Shown: positions 10,601-24,096, counted from the first letter of the stretch. The stretch is DNA of 64,000 nt from Octopus sinensis (GCF_006345805.1 NC_043005.1:88536001-88600000), one strand, 5' to 3'. The notes: generated from the letters alone by a model not told the origin. A program made the numbers and translations.

Positions 10601-12959
10601 TCATCATCATTTGATGCCTATCTTTCATAGTAGCATGGGTTGGATGGTTCAACAGAACTCAACATATCTAAGGTCCACACCTTTCTCCAATATCTCCGTT
10701 TTGGGGGGCTTAGTTTCTACAGCAAGGATGCCCTTCCTAACACCTACTGCTTTACAGGGTGTATTGCATTTATTATTCATTGGCACCAGCACCATGGAGG
10801 TTGCCATGTCATCAGCACGACTAAAAAACTCTCTCAAACCCTGTATTGTTTCTGTTAGAATCAATTACCCTTCATTTAGGGAGTATTTGGTGCATTCCAT
10901 GGCACCAGCACTGTTGTGGTTACCTTGCTGCTTGTAAATAATGTGGTCCTTAAATCTACTGAAGTGAAAGCCTCATTGTAGTAGGATGCTGCTGTATTGA
11001 AGACATCCACATTGGTGGCTTCAAAACCACCTGTTGACACCCATTCCAAAGTTTTCAAACAATATAAACAGGTGGCTGGAAGCTGTGTTGATGTATGACA
11101 GCTTCATATTTGGTTTTACAGTGGGGAGCCTTTATGAACTTGTGTCTAAATCTTATGTTATCTTTACGGAGATGTACTTGCATAGCAAGTGACCTGATCT
11201 GAGATCATGTGCTGGAATGAAAACAATTGCAGTGTGGAATGTGTTTATAAGCCATTTAAGAAACATATAAAATCCATTAGATTCACTTCAACATTTAAAT
11301 TTAATTTGCCAAAATATTTTCATCGCTTTGAGATCATGACCTGTTCACTGACAAAATTCCATGCTGCATAACATAAATCATATGTTATCTATAAAAAATT
11401 AACTACAATTTAGGTTTGAACTTTAGGTGATTTAAGGGTCTGAATTAGGTCTTTTTTAAGCTTATGTGTCCAATAACTAAAGTGAGTTGAATTAAATTTC
11501 GAATCTCAGGTGTGTAATATAAAAATGTTATAAAATTGCAGATATGTGTGTTGCTGGAGGTTGCTGTCATGACACTGATGGCAACTTCTGAGTTTGTTTG
11601 TTTGACTCAAATTCAACATTCATTGAAGAGGTGAGATTTTCTGGTATGCATTATTACATGCAAAGCCCTAACACAAATGTTGGTAAGTTCTCTAGTAAAA
11701 TAAGTCCTTTATGTAACAGCCCTCTTGATACAAATGGATAAAATTCCACTTTATTGAATTGGGTGACCCTTGACTTACCTCTACCCTGGTTGACCTTAAA
11801 TCATGAAATTACATTTTTTTTTTGCAATTTGCCATGGGGAGACACAAGATAATTTCCTTGAATCATCATTGATCTTCCTGAGAATGTGCTTGCTCACCTG
11901 ACCAATCTCAGATCTGATCAGATTAATCAAATGGTACTTGGTGGGGCTGGAGGTGATATTTAGCTTGTGGTCTTTTCTCTGCTGAAGGTTCTACTCTATC
12001 CACTGCCCTTACAGTTTATGTTATTATAGGTTTGGTTGTGTGTTTACACCAGGTTCAGGTAATCCAGAGGTAGACAGTCAGTTAAAAAAAACAATCATTA
12101 TTGAGCAAGTTTGGAAGTGGAAGGACAGATAAACACATAAGGAATGTATATGAATTCCATGATCTAATCATGATTAGACTTGATTGCATCTTGTGAATTG
12201 TGTATGTAACTCTTCATATAAATACATTTGTTATACCTGTAAATGTCTGTCTGTCTGTCTGTCTCTACTTATATATCATCATCATCACCACCACTGCTTT
12301 AATATCCACTTTTCCATGCTGGCATGGGTTGGATGGAATTTGCTGAACCAGATTCTTTATTGGTTCCTGTTGCTGACCTTCACATGTTTCTAGCAAAGGT
12401 AATATTTCCCCATCATGAAACATGTCTTGGAAGATTGGACACAAGGCACACTGCTCACATGATGGTTACACTCACTCATGACTATCATGTGATGTCAAGG
12501 CAAGATGACAGTGACACACACACATATCTATGACAGGCTTCTTTCAGTTTCCATGTATTCCACACACAAGACTTGTCTTTGATTGGCCCTATGCAGTGGA
12601 ATTGAACCTAGAACCATATGGTTAGGAAGTAAACTTCTAACCTCACAGCCACACTTGCTCTTACTGGACTTTTTTTTCTTTCCCAGGACCTTTCCTTTCT
12701 CCTCTTTCTGACAAAGACCAATGCTGGAACTGGTAAACCAGAGAGCTGAAGTCTGATTTGGCATGGTTTCTATGGCTGGATGCCCTTCCTGACACCAAAC
12801 ACTCCAAGAGTGTAATGGTTGCTTTTCATGTGCCACCAACATGAGTGTTTTTATGTGCCACCATCATAGGTGCCTTTACATTCTACTGGCACAGGTGCCA
12901 GTTACGTGACACCAGTATCAGACATAATTTCACTTGACTTTGTGAGTCTTCTCATGCAC

Positions 12960-13110
12960 AGCATATCACCAAGGGTCCCGGGTCTCACTCACTTGTCATC
13001 ATCTCCATGAGGCCCAACATTTTAAAATCATGCTTCACCACCTCATCCCATGTCTTCCTGGGTCTACCTCTTCCACAGGTTCCCTCCACAGTTAGAGTGG
13101 GGGCACTTCT
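12960..13110 (-). mobile_element. RTE-clade LINE C-terminal fragment
   Basis: Minus strand LTVEGTCGRGRPRKTWDEVVKHDFKMLGLMEMM contains the RTE GRGRPRKTW motif; related ORF tails at ~1180-1240 and ~27250-27330. Confidence 0.75.
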
Positions 13111-15049
13111 TTACACATGTCAGAAGTGTGGCTGTCTGATGAGAAAGTTTTCTTCCTAGTCATGTGGTTCCAGGTTCAGTCCCACTGTATGGTATGTCAA
13201 GCAAGTGCCTTCTACTAGGGCCTTGTAATTGGGTTTGGAAGATGGAAACTGAAAGGAATCCTCAAACACCGTCCGTGTTGGCATGGACTGGATGGTTTGA
13301 GGGGATTTATTACTGTCCCCTTGCCTTGGCTTTGAGTGATCATTGTAAAGGAGTGTCACCGTCATGCAAGCGGTGTACCTCATTACTAATCCTCCAAGAA
13401 AGCATATTTGGTCATGACGAAATGTTACCTTGCTTGGAAACAGGTGAGGACTGGCAGCGGAGGAGTAGATGCATTCAGCCATAGAAAATCTAACCCAACA
13501 AATTCCACCTGATCCATGAAAACATAGAAACGTGGAAATAATAACAATGATGATGAAATGGTGAGATCCAAGCTAGTCACCACCTGGATGAGATGCTAGT
13601 CCATCACCCTGTTAACTCCTTCACAGCTGAGTGGAACAGCATGAAATGCAGCGCTTTGCTCAAGAACACATGCATCACCTGGTCCAGGACACAAAACCAC
13701 AATCTTATAACCATGAAGGCAACACCTCTCGACCACTAATCTCTGTACCTTTGATTGTATATTCGAATGTATTTATTGGTCTAATTATCGAACGGAACTT
13801 TCGCTGATGTGGCTGATGGCAGTACTGCCTGTTTGGCATTCGTGCCAGTGGAATGTTAAAAGCACATCCGAGCATGATCATTGTCAGGGCCAGGGATTGG
13901 CTCCCATGCTGGTGACATGTGAAAAGCACCATTTGAGCATGATTGTCGCCAGCGTCGCCTTACCGGCACATGTGCCGGTGGCACGTGAAAAAACAACATT
14001 CTAGCATGGTCGTTGCCAGTGCTGCCTGACTGGCTCCTGTGCAGGTAGCACATAGAAACACCTTTTGAGTGTGAGGATGGTCATTACCAGAACCGCCTGA
14101 CTGGCCCTCGTGCTAGTGGTACGTCAACAATTTAAAGTACCAGTCAAGTACTGTGCAGAATGGTACCAACACCCCCCCCTCAAAATTGCTCACTTTGTGC
14201 ACAAATCAGAAACTGCCAACATTATTATTATTATTTTCGGCTCTTGTGGTTAATAAAGAAATGATTATTATCATTATTATTATTGTGATTATTAAAGTGG
14301 CAACATGATTGATGCCAGGGACCCTTGACTGGCTTCTGTGCTGGTGGCACATAAAAAGCACCATCTGAACGTGGCCAATACCTATACCCCTTGACTGGCT
14401 CCCATGCTATTGGCACGTAGAAAGCACTATCCAAACATGATTGATGCTAGGCCCACCTGACTGGCTCCTGTGCCGGTGGCACATAAAAAGGACCCACTAC
14501 ACTCCTAGAGTGGTTGGCATTAGGAAGGGCATCCAGGTATAGAAACTTTGCCAGACCAGATTGAGCCTGATGCAGCCTTCTCGCTTGTCAGTCCTCAGTC
14601 AAACCGTCCAACCCATGCCAGCATGGAAAGCGGACGTTAAACGATGATGATATTGGTTTGTTGATGGGTAAACTGAGAGTGAATATCAAAGGTGTCATTT
14701 CCTAAGCAAAAAGATTTCGTAGACATACAAAGCCAATGTGAAATCATTTGTTGACTAGACAGAATTCTGTTAACAAAATGTAAACATATCCACTGTACAA
14801 GTATCTTTTATTATTTTTTTTGTTACTATTAGCATAGCATAGATGTAATCTTACTGTAGTTATCTTCTTTCGGTATTGGTCTCGAGAGTGATGGTGCGAG
14901 GAGACAACGACGTTCACCTTCACCCTCTTTATGTCATGAAGGAAGATTTTTTTGTGGGCGAATGACGTCGTCTGCCGATGCCGAAGGATTACCACTACCT
15001 TCACATTGTTGTAAACAGGGATGAAAACAGGTCCACCACCAAAAACCCT

Positions 15050-15235
15050 GCACCGTAGTTACCATCAAAACCACCACCACCACCACCACTACCACTACTA
15101 CTACTACCACCACCACCGCCGCCGCCATTACCATCACTACCACCGCCATCACCACCACTACTACTACTACTGCTACCACCACCACCACCACTACTACTAC
15201 CACCACCGCCGCCGCCACCACCACTACCACCGCTG
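15050..15235. repeat. Compound trinucleotide repeat (CCA/CTA/CCG mosaic)
   Basis: In-phase mosaic of ACC/ACT/GCC triplets over about 185 bp. Confidence 0.9.
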
Positions 15236-15792
15236 CGTCCTCTTCTTTCTCATATCTACCGGGGTTAACAAAAGTGGTTAACAAAAGCTGAAATATGTAG
15301 AGTTATGTCCCTTGTCCGGCTCCACCCGACATCAGCTGTGACAAAGGCCGAGCTTCTGTTTATAACATCGTTTCCAGTTAACACCTCACAGTCACTAAAT
15401 CATTGCGTAAACAGAAAATAGATCAAGCACTGAATAGGTATGTGAGTGATTGAGTGAAATTAAAAACTTAAATAAAAGCCAGATGTGGAGACATTTGAGT
15501 AGTCAGTCAAGATTAGCCGTATTTCTCAAGCCGTTATTTAGAGAGTAAACAGGAGTATTAATTATTCATTTCTAACATCGATGAAACATAAAAGCTACGA
15601 GGTTAAAGTGCCAACACAGATGGCTGTATGGGTAATTCAATATTCAATACAAAGGAGAAAATTAGCCTGGCTGACAAACTGGTTCTACTTTAATTTAGCA
15701 GGTCATTAGATGACAATAAGTAAAGACACAGCTGTTACTGGAGGAAACTGTCAATAATAATAATAAACAAACCTTTCTCCTGGAAGCACAAG

Positions 15793-16265
15793 AGTAATGG
15801 ACGAAAAGGGAAGCCAAAAATCTAATGGGACTTTAATTTCTATACAGACAATGTGTTAGAACACCGAAGGCAGGGTATAGTAACCTTTAGGAGGGACAAA
15901 CAAGAGTGCCTAATAATTGATATGGCAGCGCCAAGAGATCAACATATCATCATGAAAGAAAGAGAAAAAGATTGATAAATATGGAGACCTGAGAATTGAG
16001 ATCGCTAAGATGTGGCAGCTATAAGGTTATCCCTATTGTCATCAGAGAATTGGGTTCAATGCCACCCAATGTGAAAGAAACATCTGAAAATCTTAGTGAT
16101 ACTCTAGATGTAATGCAAAAGTCAGCATTATTTGGAACTGCACGCATATTGCGTAAAGTACTGTCTATCTGAGGTCCTTGTTGTGACGTGACAAACAGTA
16201 CAAACCCCCGGTAGATATGATATCTTCAATCAACAACCTCACAATATCATATACTGTGTGATGTC

Positions 16266-16298
<33 letters not shown>
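15793..16298 (+). mobile_element. 5'-truncated R4/Dong-type non-LTR retrotransposon (restriction-like endonuclease domain, 3' UTR, (TAA)n tail)
   Basis: Frameshifted WDFNFYTDNVLEHRRQGIV...CLIIDMAAP...KEREK/IDKYGDL...IPIVI...MQKSALFGTARILRKVLSI* (TGA 16170-16172); ends in (TAA)n. Confidence 0.8.
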
Positions 16299-17402
16299 CC
16301 TTTCTACCGGAAGCACAAGGCCTCACATTTGGGGGAAGGGATTAAGTCGATTACATCAAACCCAGTGCGTAACTGTCACTTCTTTAATTGACCCCAAAAG
16401 GATTAAAAGCAAAGTCGACCTAGGCGGTATTTGAACTCAGAAAGTAGCAACAGGTGAAATACAGGAGCCAGTGGGGCGCTCTGAATTCAAATTCCGCTCA
16501 CATTCACTTTGCCTTTCATCTTTATTGGATTTGAATAAATAAGGGTCAGTTGGGCATTGGTGGGAAAGTAATCAACTTCCGTGCCCCTCAAGATTGCTGG
16601 CCTTGTGCCAAAATAAGAAAGTATTATCAAAATTTGCCTTTCATCCTTTGGGGCCCATAACACATAGCATCAGTCAAATACTGTGATTGATGGCATTGAC
16701 TAATGGCTCCCCATGAAATTACTGACTTTATGCTTAAATCAAGAACTGTTATTTAGCTAAAGGTGGCAAGTTGAAAGAAACAATGGAACATTGGAGGAAA
16801 ATGCCTAGCAGGATTTATTCGGACAAATTAGGTTCAGAGTTCAAACCACACCAAGGCCAACCTTGCCTTTCACCCTTTTGGGGTCAACAAGATAAAGTAC
16901 CAGTCAAGTATTGTGCAGAATGGTACCAACACCCGCCCCTCAAAATTGCTCACTTTGTGCACAAATCAGAAACCACCAACACTATTATTATTATTTTTGG
17001 CCCTTATGGTTAATAAAAAAAACATTATTAGTATTATTATTAAAGTGACAATGTGATCGATGCCAGGGACCCACGACTGGCTTCAGTGTTGGTGGCACGT
17101 AAAAAGCACCATCTGAACGTGGCCAATGCCAGTAGCCCCTGACTGGCTCCATGCCGTTGACAAGTAGGAAGCACTATTTAAATGTAATCAATGCCAGGCC
17201 CACCTGACTGGCTCCTGTACCAGTGGCACGCAAAAAGGACCCACTACACTCTCAGAGTGTGGTTGGCGTTAAGAAGGGCATCTAGCTGTAAAAACTTTGC
17301 CAGATCAGATTGGAACCTGGTGCAGCCGCTGGCTTTCCAGATCTGAGTCAATCCGTCTAACCCATGCCAGCATGGAAAACGGACGTTAAATGATGATGAT
17401 GA

Positions 17403-18680
17403 GGGCAAGCTGGCAGAATTGTTACTGCACTGGACAAAATGTTAGGGGGAATTTCTTCTGACTTTATGTTCTGAGTTCAAATGCTGCCAAGGTTGATTTT
17501 ACCTTTCATCCTTTCGGGGTCGATAAATTAAGTATCAGTGAAACACTGGGGTCGATGTAATCGACCATACTCCTCCCCTAAATTTCAGGCCTTGTGCCCA
17601 TAACAAAAAGGATTATTAAGGGCTGAGCTGGCAGAACCATTAGCATGCTGGGTAAAATGCTTAGTAGCATTTCATCTAACCTTTACATTCTGAGTTCAAA
17701 TTCTGCCAAGGTTAACTTGACTTTTCATCCTTTTAGGATAGACAAAGTAAGTACCAGTTGAGCACTGGGAATCGATGTAATTAACCTAGCCACTCCCCTT
17801 GTTGCTGGCCTTGCATCAGAATTTGAAACCGTTATCACTATTATTATTATCAAGGTAGCGAGCTGGCAGAATCGTTAGCACACTGAGTGAAATGCTTAGC
17901 AGTATTTTGTCTGCCGCTACATTCTGAGTTCAAATTCCACCAAGGTTGACTTTACTTTTCATCCTTTTGGAGTTGATAAATTAAGTACTAGTTGAGTACT
18001 GGGGTTGATCTAATTGACTCCCTGTCTGCCCCGAAATTTCAGGGCTTGTGCCTAGAAAAGAGAGATTTATTATCATCAATTAAGGTGGCAAGCTGAGTTA
18101 TAGCACACCAGACAAAATGCCCTGAGTTCAAATACCACCCAAATCATCTTTGCCCCTCATCCTTTCAGGGCTGATAAAATGTTGGTTAAGCACTGGAGTC
18201 AATATAATCAACTAGCCCTCCCACTCAAAATTCCGGTCTTGTGCCTGTAGAAGCATCCTTATTGTCATTATTAAGGTGGTGAGTTTGTAAAATGCTTTGT
18301 GGAATTACATCCATCTTTATGATCTGAATTCAAACTCTGCAGAGGCTCAATTTTCACTTCCCTTTCAGGCTGATAAATAAAATACCAGTTGCATACTGGG
18401 ACCCAAGATAATCAACCGACCCCATCCCCACCTCCTCTCACAATTTCAGGGTCATGTGCCTATGGTAGAAAGGATTATTAAAGGACTTTCAGCCGGTAGC
18501 ATTGTTATTGTACAAGAGAAAATTCTTAGAAGCATTTTGTCTGTCTGTGTTCTGCATTTAAATGCTGCCAAGGTAGACTTTACCTTTCATCCTTTCAGGA
18601 TCAATGATATAAAGTACTGACTAACATCTCTGCTCAAAACTGCTGGTTGCTGTGAACCTAATTTAGAAACCATTATTACC
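17403..18680 (+). repeat. Head-to-tail array of six family-C SINE copies
   Basis: Unit starts at about 17403, 17618, 17852, 18082, 18273 and 18481, separated by short (ATT)n linkers. Confidence 0.8.
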
Positions 18681-19040
18681 TCTGCCTTAGCAAAGGCGGA
18701 GGTATTGTTTTCAGCCATCTTTGTTTGTCTATGGACAAGATATCTCAAGAACCACAGGATGGATTCAGATAAAACTTTCAGGGATGTTTGGCCTCATGAC
18801 TGGCATGAACTGATTAGATTTTGGGATTGATCCGGTATTAGACAAGGATTCTGGATTATTTTTCCTGTTTTTTTTACACTTAATTTTTGAGAGCAGTCGG
18901 GTTCATTTTTAGTATTCTCGTTTGTGAGAGCAGTTGAGTTTATTTCAGATATTCTCATTTTAAAAATCATTTCTGGCTAATTGTTGCGAGGATGTTGGTG
19001 TTGCCTTGGCAGAGGTTTGCGGTCTCTGAGTGCTCTTGTT
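18676..19040 (+). mobile_element. Helentron-associated (HINE-like) non-autonomous element
   Basis: 5' palindrome ACCTCTGCC-ttagcaaa-GGCGGAGGT, 3' subterminal GGCAGAGGT plus short hairpin ending CTCTTGTT; partial inverted copy at 21785-21920. Confidence 0.65.
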
Positions 19041-21959
19041 ATTATCATTAACTTAGTAGCAGAACAAAACAGTGTCCATGTCTTTGATAAACCATTCCTC
19101 AGATGAGATCAATGTGATTGATAACCAGTTTGAACTTTTGCAGAAAAGAAAGAAAAAAAGAGGGTGGGGGGCTCAAAGAGATATTTGAGGGTTGCAGTTC
19201 TGACAGGGAACAATTAAGGTAAAATATTGAATACAGGATTTGTGACATGAAATACAGTAAGAATGACAAAAAAAAAAAAGACAATGGTGCCAGCGGCACT
19301 TAAAAGGCACCATTCGAGCGTGATCGTTATCAGCATCGCCTTACTGGAACCCGCGCTGGTGGCATGTGTAAAAGATTCGAGCAAGGTCGTTGCCAGTGCC
19401 GCCTGACTGACCCCGTGCACCTATTACACTCTCAGAGTGGTTGGCATTAGGAAGGGCATCCAGCTGTAGAAACTCTGCCGGATCAAGATTGAAGCCTTGA
19501 GCAGCCATCAGGTTTGCCAGCTCTCAGTCATACGTCCAACCCATGCTAGCATGGAAAGCGGACGTTAAACAATGATGATGATGATGTGACTGAAGACTGG
19601 ATGATAGATGTAGCTTTCTAGTTGAGAGGAGCAGAGTAAAAATCAATATAGCAATGACACGAGAAGTTTAGAGTTTATACTGTGGATCTCTGGGCCTTGT
19701 GTGGCTCTTAATGGTGTTCCCTCTATAAATATAAATTTTTCTTTGATTTCTTTTACATTTTTTTTTTGGCTCCCTAAAAAAAATCCAGGTTTTTTTTTTT
19801 ATCTGACTGGGATATCAAAAAGGTTGAGAACCAGCTAAATGTGGTCCCAAAGGTTTGTGTGTGACAGCAGCGTGGTTATAGATGGGTGAGAAATACCTTA
19901 ATACGGGGTTGCAGTGGGGCCGTGTAGAAGATCAACAACTAACCAGGGAAGCATATTTTCTGGGTAGAATGAGGAATCTTAGTGTTTGGCGTGTTACTTT
20001 GGTTACGGTATAGATGAGGGATTGCCATCAGAGATCTTCAGAGACAAATCACTTGTCGTGAAGCTGAGTGTTTTTCAGGTGTCCCTTGTGAAGACACATG
20101 GCATAGTGGTAAGAGTATTTGGCTCACAATAGTAAGGTCGAGAGTTCAATCTCCAGCAGTGTGTTGCATCCTTGAGCAAGACACTTTATTTCACGTTGCT
20201 CCAGTCCAACTGGCAGGAGTTGTAACTGTAATACAAAGGGGCCAGCCATGTCACATTCTGTGTCACATGTCACACTGAATCTCCCTGAGAACTACATCAA
20301 GGGGACGCATGTCTGTGGAGTGCTCAGCCACTTGCAAGTTAATTTCATGAGCAAGCTGTTCCAGATCAACTGGAACAGTTGTCTTTGTAACCGATGGAGA
20401 GCTGTTCAGGTGTCCGTTGTTCTTGTACAACAGAGAAAGGTGCGTGTACAAGTGTAAGAGAAATAACTTGGAATAACCAGAGGATATTTAATAAACTTGT
20501 AATCACATTATTTTAAAGGGAAAAAAAAACATTTACAAAAAGAAACTGCAAACTCTGCACCCTTTAGCATTTAAACTGACCATATACTACATCAAGAATT
20601 TCTACCGGATTTATGTTCAGACTGGCCCCATCTGACCTCTCACACCTATTGTACAATGTCGTTCTAAAAATAAACAATTACAACATTAAAATTTCAAAGT
20701 TACAAGATAACACACGATTAATAGAAAACAATGGGAATAAGAATTATATTTGACAGAGTAATTTGAAAACTAAAGGATTCAAATTAAATTTTATTATTCT
20801 GTATGGATTAAGATTAAGCAAAATCCCCTGAGACTGGTAGTAGTCTGCATCGGAATAAGTTTAATTATCAAGATGCAAGAAAACAGGTATTTTTATCATG
20901 TGTGTGTGTGTGTGTGTGTGTGTGCAGCTGGAAAAAATTAAATTACAAGGAAAAATTAGATTTTTCTTACATATTTCTTTCATAACCAGCTGAAGCAGCA
21001 GGTTATAAATATCCTGTCAGTGCACAAAGTGGGAAAGTTGCTTTTTTTTTTAAGCTTTCAAGCTTCTAAACAATAAAAATAGATAAAAACCAGTTAAAAA
21101 ACATCTCAATGTGCATGTGTGTGTATGTGCGTGTTTGAAATTAACTGTCTATAAATTTCTTCACAAAATTGACAGCTGTTCTGTATTAGCAGCCATTTTT
21201 CTCTTGATAAAAAAGAATTCTAACTCAAACTAATTCAATCTATAACAACCAGCATGCCACTGAATTTAGCAACTTTTTTTTATTTTTAGTGCTTGAAGAA
21301 TTTCTCTTAAGAATTCTGATTTTTGAACAAAGCCAGCAATTTTGAAGGTGGAGTAAGAGGAGAGTGCAACTTGATTATGTTGACTCCAATATTTGACTCA
21401 TGCTTTAAGGAGGCGAGCCAGCAGAAACATTAGCATCCCGGGTGAAATGCTTAGTTGTATTTCGTCTGTCTTTACATTCTGAGTTCAAATTCCAGTGAGG
21501 TTGACTTTGCCTTTCATCTTTTGGGGGTTGATAAATTAAGTACCAGTTGCATACTGAGGTCGATCTAATCGACTGGCCCCCTCCCCAACAATATCAGGCC
21601 TTGTGCTTAGAGTAGAAAAGAATATTTGACTCATGCTTTATTTTACTGACTCCCAAAGGGATGAAAAACAAAGTCAACCATGGCAGAATTTGAACTCAGG
21701 ATGTACAGAGCCAGAAAAAATGCTGCAATGCATCTTGTCTGACGCACCAACAATTCTGTCAGCTTAGCACCTTAATAATAATAATAATAATAAGAGCACT
21801 CAGAGAGCACAAACCTTTGCCAAGGCAACACCAACGTCCTCTTAACGATTAGCCAGAAATGATTTTTTAAAATGAGAATATCTGAAATAAACTCAACTGC
21901 TCTCACAAACAAGAATACTAGTTGGCTGGTCGAGACTATATTCAGCCAGTAGACCTTCA

Positions 21960-22230
21960 AAATGTTTCATAGAAATTTATTTTGAAACCTCTCCAATTTC
22001 TTTTCTTTACTTTTGCAATATTTGGCTCCATAGAGGAAGGTAGTGTGTATATTGTTTTTGTAGAACCATATTTTGATGCTCTTGTTGAGAATTGATGATT
22101 TCCATATTGAGTTTAACATAACAAATGATTGATTGGCTTTGCTGATTCTTGTATTTATTTCATGAATGAATGCAGTCTCCATCCATTGTTATTTTGGTGC
22201 CTATTGAGTTAAATTCATCAATATTTGTGA
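21960..22230 (-). mobile_element. RTE-clade LINE reverse-transcriptase fragment
   Basis: EINTRISKANQSFVMLNSIWKS...LYGAKYCK...KLERFQNKFL resembles the RTE ORF2 post-RT region. Confidence 0.7.
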
Positions 22231-22898
22231 TAGGTTTCTCGTCCAATCAAATGGTCAGCATCTAATAATAAGTTTCAAATTTTGGCACAAGGCCAGCAAA
22301 TTTGATAGGGGAGGGAGAAATCAATTACACTGACTAGTGTATAACTGGTACTTAATTTATCAACCCTAAAAGGACAAAAGACAAAGTCGACCATCGCAGG
22401 ATTTGAACTCAGAATGTAAAGACAGATGAAATGCTTCTAAGCATTTTTTCCAGTGTGCTGACGACTGCCAGCTCACAACCATAATAAACCAATAATAATA
22501 ATAATGATGATGATGATGAATAATCATAATAGTTTCAAATTCTGGCACAAGGCCAGCAATTTGGGGGAGAGGGGCCAAGTTGATTAAATCAATCGCCATG
22601 CTTGACTAGTTCTTATTTTATCAACCCCATCAGCATTTGAACTCAGCAGAGCATAAAAATGAAAGAAATGCTTTGAAACATTTTGCCTGGCAAATTAATT
22701 ATTAAACCAAATCACTACCTTAATACTACTAATAATAATAATACAATTCTTTTCCACTCCAGGCACAAGGCCCAAAATTTGGGGGAAGGGAGCCAGTCAA
22801 TTAGATTGACCCCAGTATGCAAATGGTACTTAAATTATTGACCCCTGAAAGGATGCAAAGCAAAGTTGATCTCAGAGGAATAATAATAATACAATTAC

Positions 22899-23262
22899 TT
22901 AGAAAATTACTATTTTTAAATCTCACGAGAGATATTCAGCAACAGTACTTTGGAGTAAAGATTGTTTGCCAACACAACATGGCAGTCCTGGTTTAGGATG
23001 AATGTTGCTGTAATTTAGCCCCAGGAGACATCGTCTCCAACTGGCTATACGACATGATCTGTGTCCTTATATTTTTGGAACAAGGGAATCTAGCACCCAC
23101 ACTCAGCTCAAAACAATATCTGTGCATTCACTTGTTTCAAAATATAAGGACTCAGATCATGTCGTATAGCCAGCTGGAGACGATGTCTCTTGGGGCTAAA
23201 TTCCAGCAACATTCGTCCTAAACCAGGACTGCCATGTTATGTTGGCAAACAATCTTTACTCC
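22899..23262 (-). mobile_element. Fold-back element, same family as 346-690
   Basis: Long inverted arms; exact 11-bp TSD AATACAATTAC at 22888-22898 and 23263-23273. Confidence 0.85.
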
Positions 23263-24096
23263 AATACAATTACAGTTTTGATAAACTTTTAGCGCTCTAT
23301 TAATTATCAGTGTCGTTTTTCTGTGCAATAATAATCATTTATTCTGTTGTGTCTGGGGAGAGTCATTTTCTTTTTGTGCCTTATAATGTAACACACTCAC
23401 CGGTAAAATTTCCACTTTTTTTCTTATTTTTATTTTCCTCATAAAATCCAAATCCAAAAACGAAAAAAAAAAAAACATTTATGTTTTCTATTTTCATTCT
23501 GATGTTGACAATCCACAATTGGATGAAGCACCATTGTGCCACCATTGGTTTAACTAAGCTGGATTCGTCCCCGCTGTCCACCTTGGCCAAATCTTTTAGT
23601 AATATGGAAAAGGTTAAGAGATCCAACATCCAAACCACACAGTTTTGGGTTTACCATAGTTTTAGTCAGATCAAATCATTTCAAGTGAATTTGATAGCAA
23701 CTAAATGAAGCCTGTCATATGTGTGTGTGTGTGTGTGTGTGTGTGTATTTGCAATGTATGCAGGCCACAAGCAGTGCTATTGCTAATGCCATTTTTCCTG
23801 TCAACAAAGATGTGCAAAATAAGAGAACCCTTACTTGAGAAAGAAGTATGCGTTAGTGACAGGAAGGGCATCTGGCAGTAAAACAAGGCATCAAGAATAT
23901 ATTTGATTAAATCACAGAACAATGCAAAACTGGTGTAAAATGAACAAATAACTACATATATATCTATACATGCTCACGCAAACATTATATTTATATATAT
24001 ATATATATATATATCTAATATAGGATAAAATTTTTCAAAAAGAATTCTATCAATGGCCTGCATATTAAAAAATACCTTTAAAGGTTAAATTTATAA

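Noticed and set aside
11541-11629. Plus-strand 89-nt exon candidate (ttgcag...GAG|GTGAGA)
   Set aside because: One frame is open, but there is no recognisable homology and no partner exon with compatible phase.
11866-11960. F-box-like peptide IIDLPENVLAHL on the plus strand
   Set aside because: Immediately preceded by an in-frame TGA with no suitable acceptor or ATG.
13805-14125. CRISPR-like repeat-spacer pattern in the ~60-bp units
   Set aside because: The units are diverged tandem repeats inside a eukaryotic retroelement, with no unique spacers and no cas genes.
15021-15281. Poly-His/Tyr ORF and the antisense poly-Val ORF
   Set aside because: Reading-frame artefacts of the trinucleotide repeat; no recognisable domain.
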